DNA of 64,000 nt, from contig CAIIXF020000001.1 of assembly GCA_903813345.2 (NCBI GenBank), positions 36,952,001 to 37,016,000 on the forward strand, read 5' to 3'. The notes under the pieces are model-generated. The model saw only the letters and a list, made by a program, of their open reading frames with translations. It searched no databases and had not been told where the DNA came from. This DNA comes from Owenia fusiformis. Taxonomy: Eukaryota. A program made the translations under genes and the position numbers. The first letter of the stretch is position 1; the number at the start of each line of letters is the position of its first letter. Shown here piece after piece: positions 41,901 through 53,900 of the stretch.

Positions 41901-44900
41901 AATAGAATGAAAGTAAAATTGATTGGATTATCTCTTAAGCTGTCATTAATCCACCCATCATCACCAATCTTCCCCAATTATGAGCCAATTTTCACCAAAA
42001 TGCAGCATTTTATTCCAATTTTTACGACTGAATTGAAATGTACTGTAAGTCATGATTTACCTCTGAAAAGGAAAAGTGAGTCTCCTTTGGATTAGGATAA
42101 TCAGAAAAACAATAAAAATTTGAGGTCAAATATCTGGCCTTAAAGTGAGGGCCTATAATGTCACAACTAATTCGAATATTGCTAAGCGGCAATAACGAAT
42201 GTTTGGTGAAATAATTTTCATAATACTAATGAGAAAACATGTCCAAATACATTTATCAAAAAAACTATATTGATTCCTATATGTCAAAAATACGATTTCA
42301 TATCTGCTTTAAACATACCAGTACATAAAAGTCTTGTGTGAACAAAAAAGGATATATCCATTATGCATGATGATAGTATGATGACATCCATGTCCGATCA
42401 ATGGCAATACATTACCGGTTCCATTAGTGACTCATTATTTAATAAATATTTTACAAAACACATTATTAGGAGGCCTCCTGAAGAAGGACTCATTTTTCTT
42501 TCTTTGATTTTTATTTTATTTTTTATTGATTTGTCTATATATTTATTTACAGTCCCTTTTATTTATTATTGAGAGCCCTTTGGAAGAGGACTCAAGCATC
42601 TTGAGTTTTGGCACTACACTAAATATTTTTTCTTAATTTTGGAGAGATTTTTTGAAATTTATTATTGTGTAAGCATTTTGCTGTTTGAAAAATATTTCCC
42701 GGATTTTGAGATACTAGAGGTTAAAAATGGTAAAAATGTCATTTTCAGCTTAAAACCATTCACAAGTTGCCTAGGGCTAGTTGCTATTCATACATTATGA
42801 TCTATGGCTAGTAGGGACCGCACAAAAAAATTTCGGCCAAATCAGACATCATTTGCCTCACCCCCTCAAGCCATCTTTATGTGACACATTTAGCATGAAT
42901 ACATTAGATTCAATTATGAAACATGTACTAAATTGAAAACTGACATATAAAATAGGTGGAGTCCTATATTTTAGTAATAAATGAAATTACAATGTCAAGT
43001 GACATTTGAAGATGTTTTGAATGCATTGATTTGCTTTCTATTGAGACATGTTTCTAACTTTATGCTGCAAAAAGATAAAATTGATGACACTCACTTTCTT
43101 ATATTTTTCCAGGGGTAGGGCACTATAAAGTGTTATTAAAAATAGAAACAGTACTTAGTCATTATAATAGTTGCATTAAATATCACAAATAGCAACGAGA
43201 TGACTTAAGATTACTTGTTTGAGCTGTAAAAGCTGTCATCTTTTGCTTGAAGCTACAAATATAAAATAGATGAGACTTAAAAAAGTGTGTCGCGGATCTA
43301 AATTAACACAAAAAGTTTGATATCTCTGGATTCAGTTATCATAAAATGCTGTATTATGACTTCTTACATAAAATACATAAGAAGGCCTTTCTAAAGAGCC
43401 ATTATACATCATTTTATGACAACTGAATCCAGAGATATCAAACTTTTTGTGTCAATTTTGATCCACTACACATCTTTTTTTGGTCTCATCTATTTTATAT
43501 TTGTAGCTTCAAGCAAATGATGACAGCTTGTACTGTTCAAAGAAGTATTCTAAAATCATTTCCATGCTATTTCTGATATTTTAATACAACTAATTATAAT
43601 GACTAAGTACTATTTCATATTTTTGATATGACTTTATAATGCCCTACCCCTGGAAAAATATAAGAAAGTGGGTGTCATCAATTTTATCTTTTTGCAGCAT
43701 AAAGTTAGAAACATGTATCAATAGAAATACATCAATGCATTCAAAACATCTTCAAATGTTACTTGACATTGTAATTCATTTATTTATACTAGAATATAGG
43801 ACTCCACCTATTTTATATGTCAGTTTTCAATTTAGTACATGTTTCATAATTGAATCTAATGTATTCATGCTAAATGTGTCAAATAAAGATGGCTTGAGGG
43901 GGTGAGGCAAACGATGTCCGATTTGGCTGAAATTTCTTTTTGGCTGTCCCTACTAACCATAGCTCATAATGTATGAATAGCAACTTGATCAGAAAAAAAT
44001 TCCCAAAATGAAACACCCTAAAGTTGCCAAGTCAATAAGTTTCTTCATATTTTAGATTTAGAACTATCTACAAGTTCCCAGGAGTTTATATCTGCCCTTT
44101 GATTTAAGATGTCACCTATTTTAACCTTCAAAAATCATTTTCCAGGCCACTTGATATCTAGCACTTGTTATTATGATTATGTTTTTCAAATTTTCATTTC
44201 AAAAGTTCAGGTAATGATACATCAAGTGGTAGACTACCTGGAAATAGTCCTTTAAATCACCAGCTATATCTACTACCTATCTGCCCACATGGATAGAAAC
44301 TATGAAATCAAAAACATATACCTAATTGCAGTTGTCTTATTTGTTTTTCGTTTGATGATATGTGATTTTAGACTAGCATATTGAACTATTTATTGATAAA
44401 ACATCACTACCATTATCTAATTGGCCAAGTATTGTAAGGCTATTTACTTGATGCAATTAATGACAGGATCTTCAACATACTTCTATATCTTATATCGATA
44501 GTAGAAACAATGCATGGAAAGTGTTGCCAGGCTTTGTAATTTGTCTGTGTTGTCAGGCATTGTAATTTGTATTTTAATTACCAAATAAGTGAATTGAATC
44601 AAGGCCTCATCATGTGGTCATTCATCTCAATTCTTTTTGTACAATATAAATATTTTGTGAATCTTGTATGAATAGTCAAAGTTACTTACTCTTTTGTTAA
44701 TTACCTATATTTCATAGAATATGGTAGGTTAATGGACTTGCAGGGATTATAAGTGAACACTTGGTTAAGTCTGTTCAGTTCGGTAAACATGGAAAACCAA
44801 ACAAATACTACATTAACTGGACATGGATTAGGAGTTACATATGTAGTAATCAGTGTTATCATATCAGCACTCATTATTGTGTCAAATACTTTAATAATAG

Positions 44901-47900
44901 TTGCAATATTGAAGTTTAACTATCTTAAGACAATAAGCAATCAATATGTGCTGAGTTTATCATTTGCTGACTTAATGGTTGGATTGGCTTTGCCATATTG
45001 TAATTTAAGGCAGCTATACCCAGAAGCGAGTCTGGTACTTGATGGGGCTGACTCTGAGAAATATTCTTGTCTCGTGTGCCAGGTGGTTTTACACCAACCA
45101 GTTGCTGCTTCAATGATGATGTACACAGCTATTTCTATAGAACGTTACATCGCAATCACAAGACCATTTTCACATCCAGCAATATTTACAATGAAGAAAG
45201 TAAGGATATCAATCATTTGTTCCTGGATTTATTCTTACTTCATCTTTATCGGATTGAGCTGTTTTAACATATGGACGCCACATGTTCAATGTAGTATGTC
45301 AATGACCTTATATCAATCCGCAGCATTCTATGGTTTGGTAGCCTCTTCTGGGATCCTCATGTTTGTCATAATAGGCACAGTATACTGCAGGATTTTCTAC
45401 ATTGCATGGGCACAAAAGAAACAACAAAATGAGCAGCAGAATGCCATAGGGCCTGTAACAGACACTTCAAAATCAGATATGAAGATAGTAAAAATGATGG
45501 CTATTATCTTCGGAACTCTAGTAATTCTGTACACTCCATATTGGATATTTACTTTTGTAGTGTTATTTTACAAACAGAAACCAAAATGGTTGGTCACGTA
45601 TGAACAATTTTCAGTTATTCTGTATTATTGCAATTCATTTTGTAATTCTTTTGTTTATGGATGGAAAAGTACAGATTTTAGAAGGGCATTCAGAATGTTG
45701 GTTTACAGGCAAAACTCTAATAAAGTGTTTCCATTGGAAAATACTGAAAACAGTAAGACTTACAAAACTTAATAAAATAGCCCTTGAGGTGTTAAAACAT
45801 ATTGATAAAATGACCAATGGGTATAGCCCTTGAGGTGTTGAATCAAACTGATAAAATGACCAATGGGTATAGCCCTTGAGGTGTTAAATCAAATTGATAA
45901 AATGACCAATGGGTATAGCCCTTGAGGTGTTAAAGCATATTGATAAAATGACCAAATGGGTATAGCCCTTGAGGTGTTAAATGACACCGTTATAGAAACT
46001 AATGATTCAACATTCAAATAAACAGTGTTCAATAATCTGGGCTCCCCAACTGTTCAAAAACTAATATTAGTGCTGAAATATAATAATGCATGTAAAAAAA
46101 CAAAAAATAAAATAATTTAAAGGACAATTTCAGTAATCTGAAGTTACAAATATAAAATAAACATGTATCAAATAATTTAGGACACACAAAAAAGGCCCAT
46201 GTCATATACTTGTAGTTGTTTTCTGCATTGAATAAACAGTATTGTAAAAGATGTAATAATAATGTGGAATTAAATATAATGAACATTGTTTTATTCTTGG
46301 GATTTAGAATGCTCAAAAATCTGGATAAAATTGAATCCAATTTTCGGAAGAAAATCTGAAAAACGGAAGTCATTTGCTTTATCATAACAGTGATATGATA
46401 CAAGTATTTAATTATATCGTGTACTTTTACAATTAATATTCAATGAAGCCTAAAGAGTTAGTGTAATATCATCTTGTGAAAGTGCCACAGGTATTCGCCG
46501 ATGAACTTCAGTGACCTTTTAATTATTGTAGTGAATTTTTGATATAAGAACATAGAGTGATAATTTATATTCGTTTGAGCGTAGCGATTTAAGAATATAA
46601 ATACTTTCTTTAATGTGCAGTGAAGTGAAGTGAAGTGTAATAAGACATGAAAGTAGTGTTCGTTTAGAGTGACGGTTTTTGATAGAGTGGTGGTCGCTGG
46701 AGAGTGATTAGGTTTTCATTCTGGGCTTGGTCGCGGAACACTAAATTCCTAAATTTTGAATAAAAATTTGTTGACAATCTTTAGTTTGAGTAGAATTTAT
46801 TTGAGATATTCTGATAGGTTGAGAGGTGGTTACATACCTTTCCATAGGGCATCGACTTCAGTCGAATAGCGTCTTTGGTTTTAATGGTGACCAACCACCT
46901 TAATATCAATCGGATAAATCATAACAATAACACGAAGTATGTTACAAAATGTATCGGGCACATTTATATCAGCAGACCTCATAAGTATGTAATCGCAATA
47001 TGCCAAATAAGCCAAAGCTTGTTCTAAATTAGAAATGTAACGTAATGTAATCGCAATATGCCAAATAAGCCAAAGCTTGTTCTAAATTAGAAATGTAACG
47101 TAATGTAACGTAATGTAACGTAACGTACAGTATAGAAGTATAATTATTATACCTATGAACAAAGTTTATGGATCAAATTATGGAATTTGGTTCAAATTTT
47201 ATAGGCTTATATAATATGGCCAAAAGACCTCTACACAAAAACAAGGGTCATTTTCAATATGATTCGACCTCTCATTTCAAAATGGCTGCCAATTTTCATG
47301 ACAAAATTTAATGTTTGATAATTCAAATACCAGTTGATGGATTTGGTTCAAATTTAGTATACTGATGCTTCAGGGATATTGCATTGTGACATATCACAGC
47401 CATTTCTCAGTTTCCTTTCTAGAACTTGTGCATTGCCAGAGATGGTCTGAGTATCAGAATGGGGATATTAGGCACTGCTCAAGAAAGAATTTTCAAGATG
47501 GCTGCTGAATTTCAAAATGGCCACTATTTTTCATAAAAATGTTATTTTTGATAACTTAAAATATCATTGATAGACAAAATTATGGAATTTGGTCCAAATT
47601 TTATACGCTAATATCTTATGGGCAAAGGACCTCTACTCAAGGAGGAATTTTTGATATGGCCTCTCAATTCAAAATGTCTGGCATTTTTTGTAAAAAATGT
47701 AATGTTTGGTAATTCAAATGCTAGTTGACAGATTTGGATATATGCTGATGCTTTCTTGGCTTTAGGGTCAGAGGACTCTACTCAAGGAGGAATTTTCGAG
47801 ATGACTGCTCGATTGAAAATTGTTGCCATTTTTCATGGACAAATGTAATTTTGAATAATTTGAGTAAGAGTTATAGGATTTTATTGGCTTATGTCATAGG

Positions 47901-50900
47901 GGCTATGGAATTTTTTTTAGAGATGGAATCACTTAAAAATGGCTGCAATTTTCATTAAAAATGTTGTCTTTTATACACTATTTTCACACTATCAAATTTT
48001 ATACACTATTTAATGCTTTATGGTCATATGACCTCTGCTCAAGAAAGAATTTAAAATATCACATCACATCATGGGAGAAGATTTTGCCAAAAAGATAATA
48101 CTGCTGTACTACAGCGTGTCCAAAAAACAGGACCGTAAGAAAGTTGAATAACTTGGTCAATTTTAGTGCATTCAATGTGAATTTTGTTGTGAAAGTTTGA
48201 TGATTACCTGCAAATAGAGTCAAAACCTACAATTTCTTACAAAACATGCCCCAAATGTGCACCTCTCCTCTCTATGCACAATTCATTCCGGCGAACAAAG
48301 TTGTTGATCATTCTCCTACACACATTTCTTTTTGAATGGACAAGTTCTTTGGTGACCAGCTCATCAGTCGCAGAACGCAAAACATATGGGCAGCTCATTC
48401 ACAAGATCTAAATCTCCCAGATTTTTATCTTTGGGGATTTCTCAAAGCCAATGTGTATACTGACAGCACCTAGCAATAACTACCATACCATCCACATTGA
48501 TGTATATAGGTCAGGGTCATTAACAACTTTGTTCGCAGAATTCATTTGTGTACAGAGAGAAGTGCCCACTTTGAGCATGTTTTGTAAGGTACTGTAGTTT
48601 TTGACACAATAGACAGATCATCAATATTTCAGAACAAAATTCAAATTGGATGAACTAAATAATTCTAAAATTTCAATGCAAAATATGCAAAATTGACCGA
48701 ATTATTTAACTTTCTTACAGTCCTGTTTTTTGGACACCCTTTATTTCCTCAGGTTATTCTATCATGTGATGTCCAAAATTATGACGTGTTTAATAAAATA
48801 TGTTTTGTTCAGTAGGATTTGCTACTCTTGAGTTGCTGTTTTCCAGTTCAATTTCTTTTTTTTATAATTTGTATGTATGTATCTGAGAAAAAAGCAACAG
48901 GATTTCTAATTTCAATCCAGTTGTATTTGGATTGTATTGTATCAAACACAAGAAGTGTAAGTTGCATCGGCATTACAACAAAGATTGTTTGGCGGATCAA
49001 ACTGAGAGTCTGCGAATGTGTACCATGTTGGATCCAGTGCAGTACAACCTAACATGCGGGAGAATGCAAACACAGGATATCCTGGGAAACCAATAGGCAT
49101 TTCTGTGGCATCATTAGCTTCAACACGCTCACACATATGGTCGCCATATGTTTCATTCTGAAATTAGAATTTAGTGCATGTATTTTAAGGCATTGGTCTG
49201 AAAAGCAGAAAGTCTGGCTTCAGGCTGAAAAAGTAGAGGTCTTGGGTTCAAACCCAGGTCACAGCACTTCTTGTGATTTGTCTTTGACCTATGACTGCTG
49301 ACCTATACCGGCGATTACTAGAGTAATTTACTCGATAAAAGGCTGCTCTGGCTAGAATTGTCTATGGTTCTAGCCAGGATAAAGATACCAGTTCTTCAAC
49401 TCGACAATGGGAAGAACTGCTCTACCTTAGTGACTAATATGTCATGATATAAAGAGTCAATAAAAGATATATATATTTTAAAAATGATAACCATTTAGGT
49501 GTTGCAAATACCCCAGTTCATGTGATATTGGCCTTCTAATTTGTATGACACATTTTTGCTGACATCTTTGGTATTAACTGTCCTTCACTCAGTATGCTAA
49601 CACCTACTTAAATGTGGTCCTAAAGTGTCTGAAAAATCTTGTGATATAAATCTGGTGCTATCTGGTATTTAGCATCGAGTTTACACTAGCAGAGTTGATT
49701 TTTAAAATGGGTAACCAAGCCCATCAGTTTTCATATTGTTTAGATCAGCTTTAGTCACTTGAGTTGAAAATTGTAACATCCATGTCACATTTAAATTTTA
49801 CCAGTCATATTTTGACAGTTTCATTCATTTTTGGGTTATCAAAGCATTTAATGCAATGAATGGTCTGTAATGTTCCATTTTTTCCACCATTCCTTCCATC
49901 CATATACATTCATTTAGACAATGCCCACATACTGTAGATGTGGCTTTTCTAAACATGACCTCAACATATCATTGACATACAGATCAATCTTCAAGGGATA
50001 CTTAATTGGTAACAATGTGGTTATTAGGAATTTCTGAGCATTTTTCAATTGTGATGATGCATATTCTGAATGAAAGTGAACCTTGTTTTCTATTGGTGGT
50101 TTAACAATTCTCCAATATATCATTACAAAACCTACACTGTGATCTGTTCCATCTGCAACAAGAGTGTAAAATGTATAGTTTCCATTAATTTCTCCTTTAA
50201 TCTGTTGTCGACAGTATTGATCACACGCAGTTAAGTCCCCATTGTTGCATAGTAAACGTCCACCAAGGTTGACATATCCCCCTGTAAGGTTCTGAAGGTT
50301 AGGTTCAATGTTTTCCAAGAAGCCATCTTCTCTGAACAGAGCACACTCACACCTGGAATTAGCAAGTTGTTTTCAAATTTGATGATGTGTACTTATTTCG
50401 GGTTTGATTGTCCCTTCAGTTTATGTGGTCCTGGTCAGGTCACGCGACAGAATTCACCATAATTGACCCTGGCCCCGGTCCATAGCAATACAGAGGACAT
50501 AAGATTGGATTTCTTAATTATTTGCGATTATTGGAATCTCGATTTTCCCATGGGCATTCTGTTGAAAGCCCATGATTTTACAAATAATTTGACAAATGTC
50601 ATGAGAAGTAGTATTTCATGTAGACAGTATAAAGATTGTTTTGATATTTTAATTCCATTTTAATTGAATTTGAATTTCTGTTTTATGTAGTTTTGTCCAT
50701 GGAGTGTATTCTTTGCTTATTCATGCTTTGGTGGGATTTGTTCAAGAAGTTCAAGAAATTGAAAATGTGAAAACCAGAAATCCCGAGGAAACTACAATGC
50801 ATGATCTTATTATATGCAAATCATATTATGTATCTAAGAGTACAGTGGACTTGCCTTTTTTTGAAGCACTTTAAAATGAATTTGACTTTACAAACCACCC

Positions 50901-53900
50901 CATCCTATACTAGTTGTGACTTACCATTCTACATTCTGTGCATTTGTTGCCACACATGCAAGTAAAAGTACTGCTGCAAACACCTTCCACATGTTTAGAA
51001 ACTCCCTCCTTGCCTTGCAATAAGTAAGACTGATGATTCAGTAAGTAAGGTCTTTGAGGTCTGAATCACCTGTTTTTATCTTGTGAACTTGCGGTTGAGT
51101 TATTTTGATCGCTGCTTGGGAATAAACATATGTTTTTATAAGCTGGTTGACGACCTGAGAGGAAATTTCCATTGGTGACCATTTTTAGGTTTCACATATA
51201 TCTCAAAAACGTTTCACATTTTTTTCACATGATAGTGAGCTGAGAGGTACTCAAGCTTAGTTAAACATATCCTTGTTTTTGGCAGAGTCTTATCTACTTT
51301 GCTGTTGCAATATCACCATTGGGTGCATCATCTCGGTTTTGAGATATATGAATTTGAAGACAACAACCCCATTAAATCTACTTGATTTGGAAAAGATTAG
51401 TCCACTAGGCCTATAAGTAGTCTACTCAAATCACTCTGCTGTCATTTGAAAATATATTTTTCACTCATCCTGGAAATGTTTTAGACAGATCAGTACCCAG
51501 CCTAAAAAATGATCCTCAATCCATACATCAAACACAAATTGGCACTGTGCTGGGCTGTACCACTGCAGAAAGGGGAAAGGTGCTTTATTTGCCTGAAAAA
51601 CCAAATCACCAATGGTAACCACTTGTATCTTGAAGTCGCATTTATCATCGAGTCCAATCATGGGCTTTCAATTATGGTCCAATGCACACTCTCAACAAGT
51701 AAAGTTATACACATTTTCAAGGAATTCTTGAAAATGTTGTTCTACAGAATCCAAATCACAAACAATTCCCTTGAAACGTGGCACTCATTTTTTGACAGAA
51801 ATCTCACATCAAAATACCAGTGTATGGCTGAAGAAATGCGCTTGAATGACAGTATGACTTCCCTGCCTGGTTTGTCGAGTTAAAACTATAAGATGATTTT
51901 ATTTCTTTTTCTTTTTCAGGCCAACAATTACTACAAGATGTTCATAACATGGACCAATCAAAAGATCAGGAAAACGTTTTTGAAGAGGAATATGTTTGAA
52001 TTCCAGTATATAAAGGTAGTTATAGATACACCTGACCGAAGGCATGTAGATAATAATTTGAAAATACATCAATGAAAAATTACATGCATCACATCCAAAA
52101 TCTTCATTCCACTACAAATTGTGTTTTTACTAAATGTTAAAAGATTTAAGCTCACGACTCCATAGACTGTAGATGATTTAAACCAAGTACATGTATATCT
52201 GGTATCAAGACTTCAAATTGAGGTATTTCCAGGGGCTTTATATTTGACTATAATCCTTTTATGTTCAGTTTTGTGAAAAATACAATGTCTGTATCTTCAA
52301 ACAAAATATTGACTTGTAAAGATATGTTTTCTCTTATTTTGAGGTTTTGAATATTAAAAAATATGAGAAAATGATGAATATAGAGGCTTCAGATTTATTC
52401 TGCTCATGATGATGATTTTCTCTAGGCATTCGACAGAAACTATATAGATAATCCTGGTCCAATGGTAGTGTTTGCTACACCTGGTATGCTACATGCTGGC
52501 CTATCTCTCCAGATCTTCAAGAAGTGGGCTCCTTTTGAAAACAACATGGTAAGTACAGGGTGGTCCAAAAAATGGGCTGCTTGAATTTTAAAAATAAATA
52601 TTGATTTTATTGATGAAAACATGTCATATTATATACCAGCAGTGGATAGGGAATTTAAATATCTTTAATTTGGTATATATGGTTTTTATATTGGATTAAA
52701 TAACTTCAGAGTTGCTACTGAAAAATACTTTTTAAATTCTTGATCAATTGTACGGTCAAAGCCACTTTGGCATTAAATACATGGGCCTGACCCTGAATTT
52801 TAAGATCTCTCCAAAGTAAAAGTTTATTGTACTAAAAGGACTTAAAGTTGACCTCATAACTATTCTGTGCTGCACACACTTTTTATTTCATGGAAATTTC
52901 CCATGCACTTTTTTATCTTGATGGTGAATAACAAGTTATAATATTAGTTAAAATTATGCCAGAAACTTATAATTTTCTTATACAAAAGCAACATGATGTT
53001 TTTAGACAAATCAGTGATAATGATATAAGAGGACGTTTGTCATTCATAGACCAACAAGGGAGAGGTTTTGGTGTGGTATGGTGAGAGGTTATTCTCTAAT
53101 CTAACACTACGGCGAACTTTACGTCTGAGGTCAGCTTTGAAATCTGAAATATAAGCAAAATTAAATCCAGAAACATTTCATCAGACACACTCAACACACT
53201 CTAAAAAACCAAAGTCCTCGCACCTTTGCGAAAATAACTCAAACGATTTATCTTCCCTTGGCCACCTAGACAAAATGTCAGCCAGATAATTATCAGCAGA
53301 ACTTATATGAGTACAATCTAACTGAAAATTGAGATCAGCAAACTTTGATCCTAGGTTACTATACTAGTAGGCTATTCTATTGTATATTTTATTCCTAGGT
53401 TATTATGCCAGGCTATTGTATATTTTATTCCTAGGTTATTATGCCAGGCTATCGTATATTTTATTCCTAGGTTATTATGCCAGGCTATCATATATTTTAT
53501 TCCTAGGTTATTATGCCAGGCCATTGTATATTTTATTCCTAGGTTATTATGCCAGGCTATTGTATATTTTATTCCTAGGTTATTATGCCAGGCTATCATA
53601 TATTTTATTCCTAGGTTATTATGCCAGGCTATTGTATATTTTATTCCTAGGTTATTATGCCAGGCTATTGTATATTTTATTCCTAGGTTATTATGCCAGG
53701 CTATTGTATATTTTATTCCTAGGTTATTATGCCAGGCTATCGTATATTTTATTCCTAGGTTATTATGCCAGGCTATCATATATTTTATTCCTAGGTTATT
53801 ATGCCAGGCTATTGTATATTTTATTCCTAGGTTATTATGCCAGGCTATTGTATATTTTATTCCTAGGTTATTATGCCAGGCTATTGTATATTTTATTCCT

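Noticed and set aside
44753..44788. GTG start assigned to GPCR copy 3 by the ORF track
   Set aside because: Eukaryotic gene; the first ATG at 44789 (AACATGG, good Kozak context) aligns with the MENQTN of the paralogues.
39374..45267. Short alternate-frame and antisense ORFs repeated across the GPCR copies
   Set aside because: Shadows of the duplicated GPCR coding sequence with no independent evidence.
49225..49265. tRNA B-box-like GGGTTCAAACCC
   Set aside because: No cloverleaf; probably a decayed SINE fragment, not a tRNA gene.
49914..50135. C-terminal part of the 134-aa ORF
   Set aside because: Lies after the GTAGGT donor at 50135; best read as intron read-through, since splicing to 49157 completes an even-cysteine protein.
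51461..51883. ORFs of 66 and 124 aa next to INTS11 exon 9
   Set aside because: No recognisable motifs or phase-consistent splice partners.
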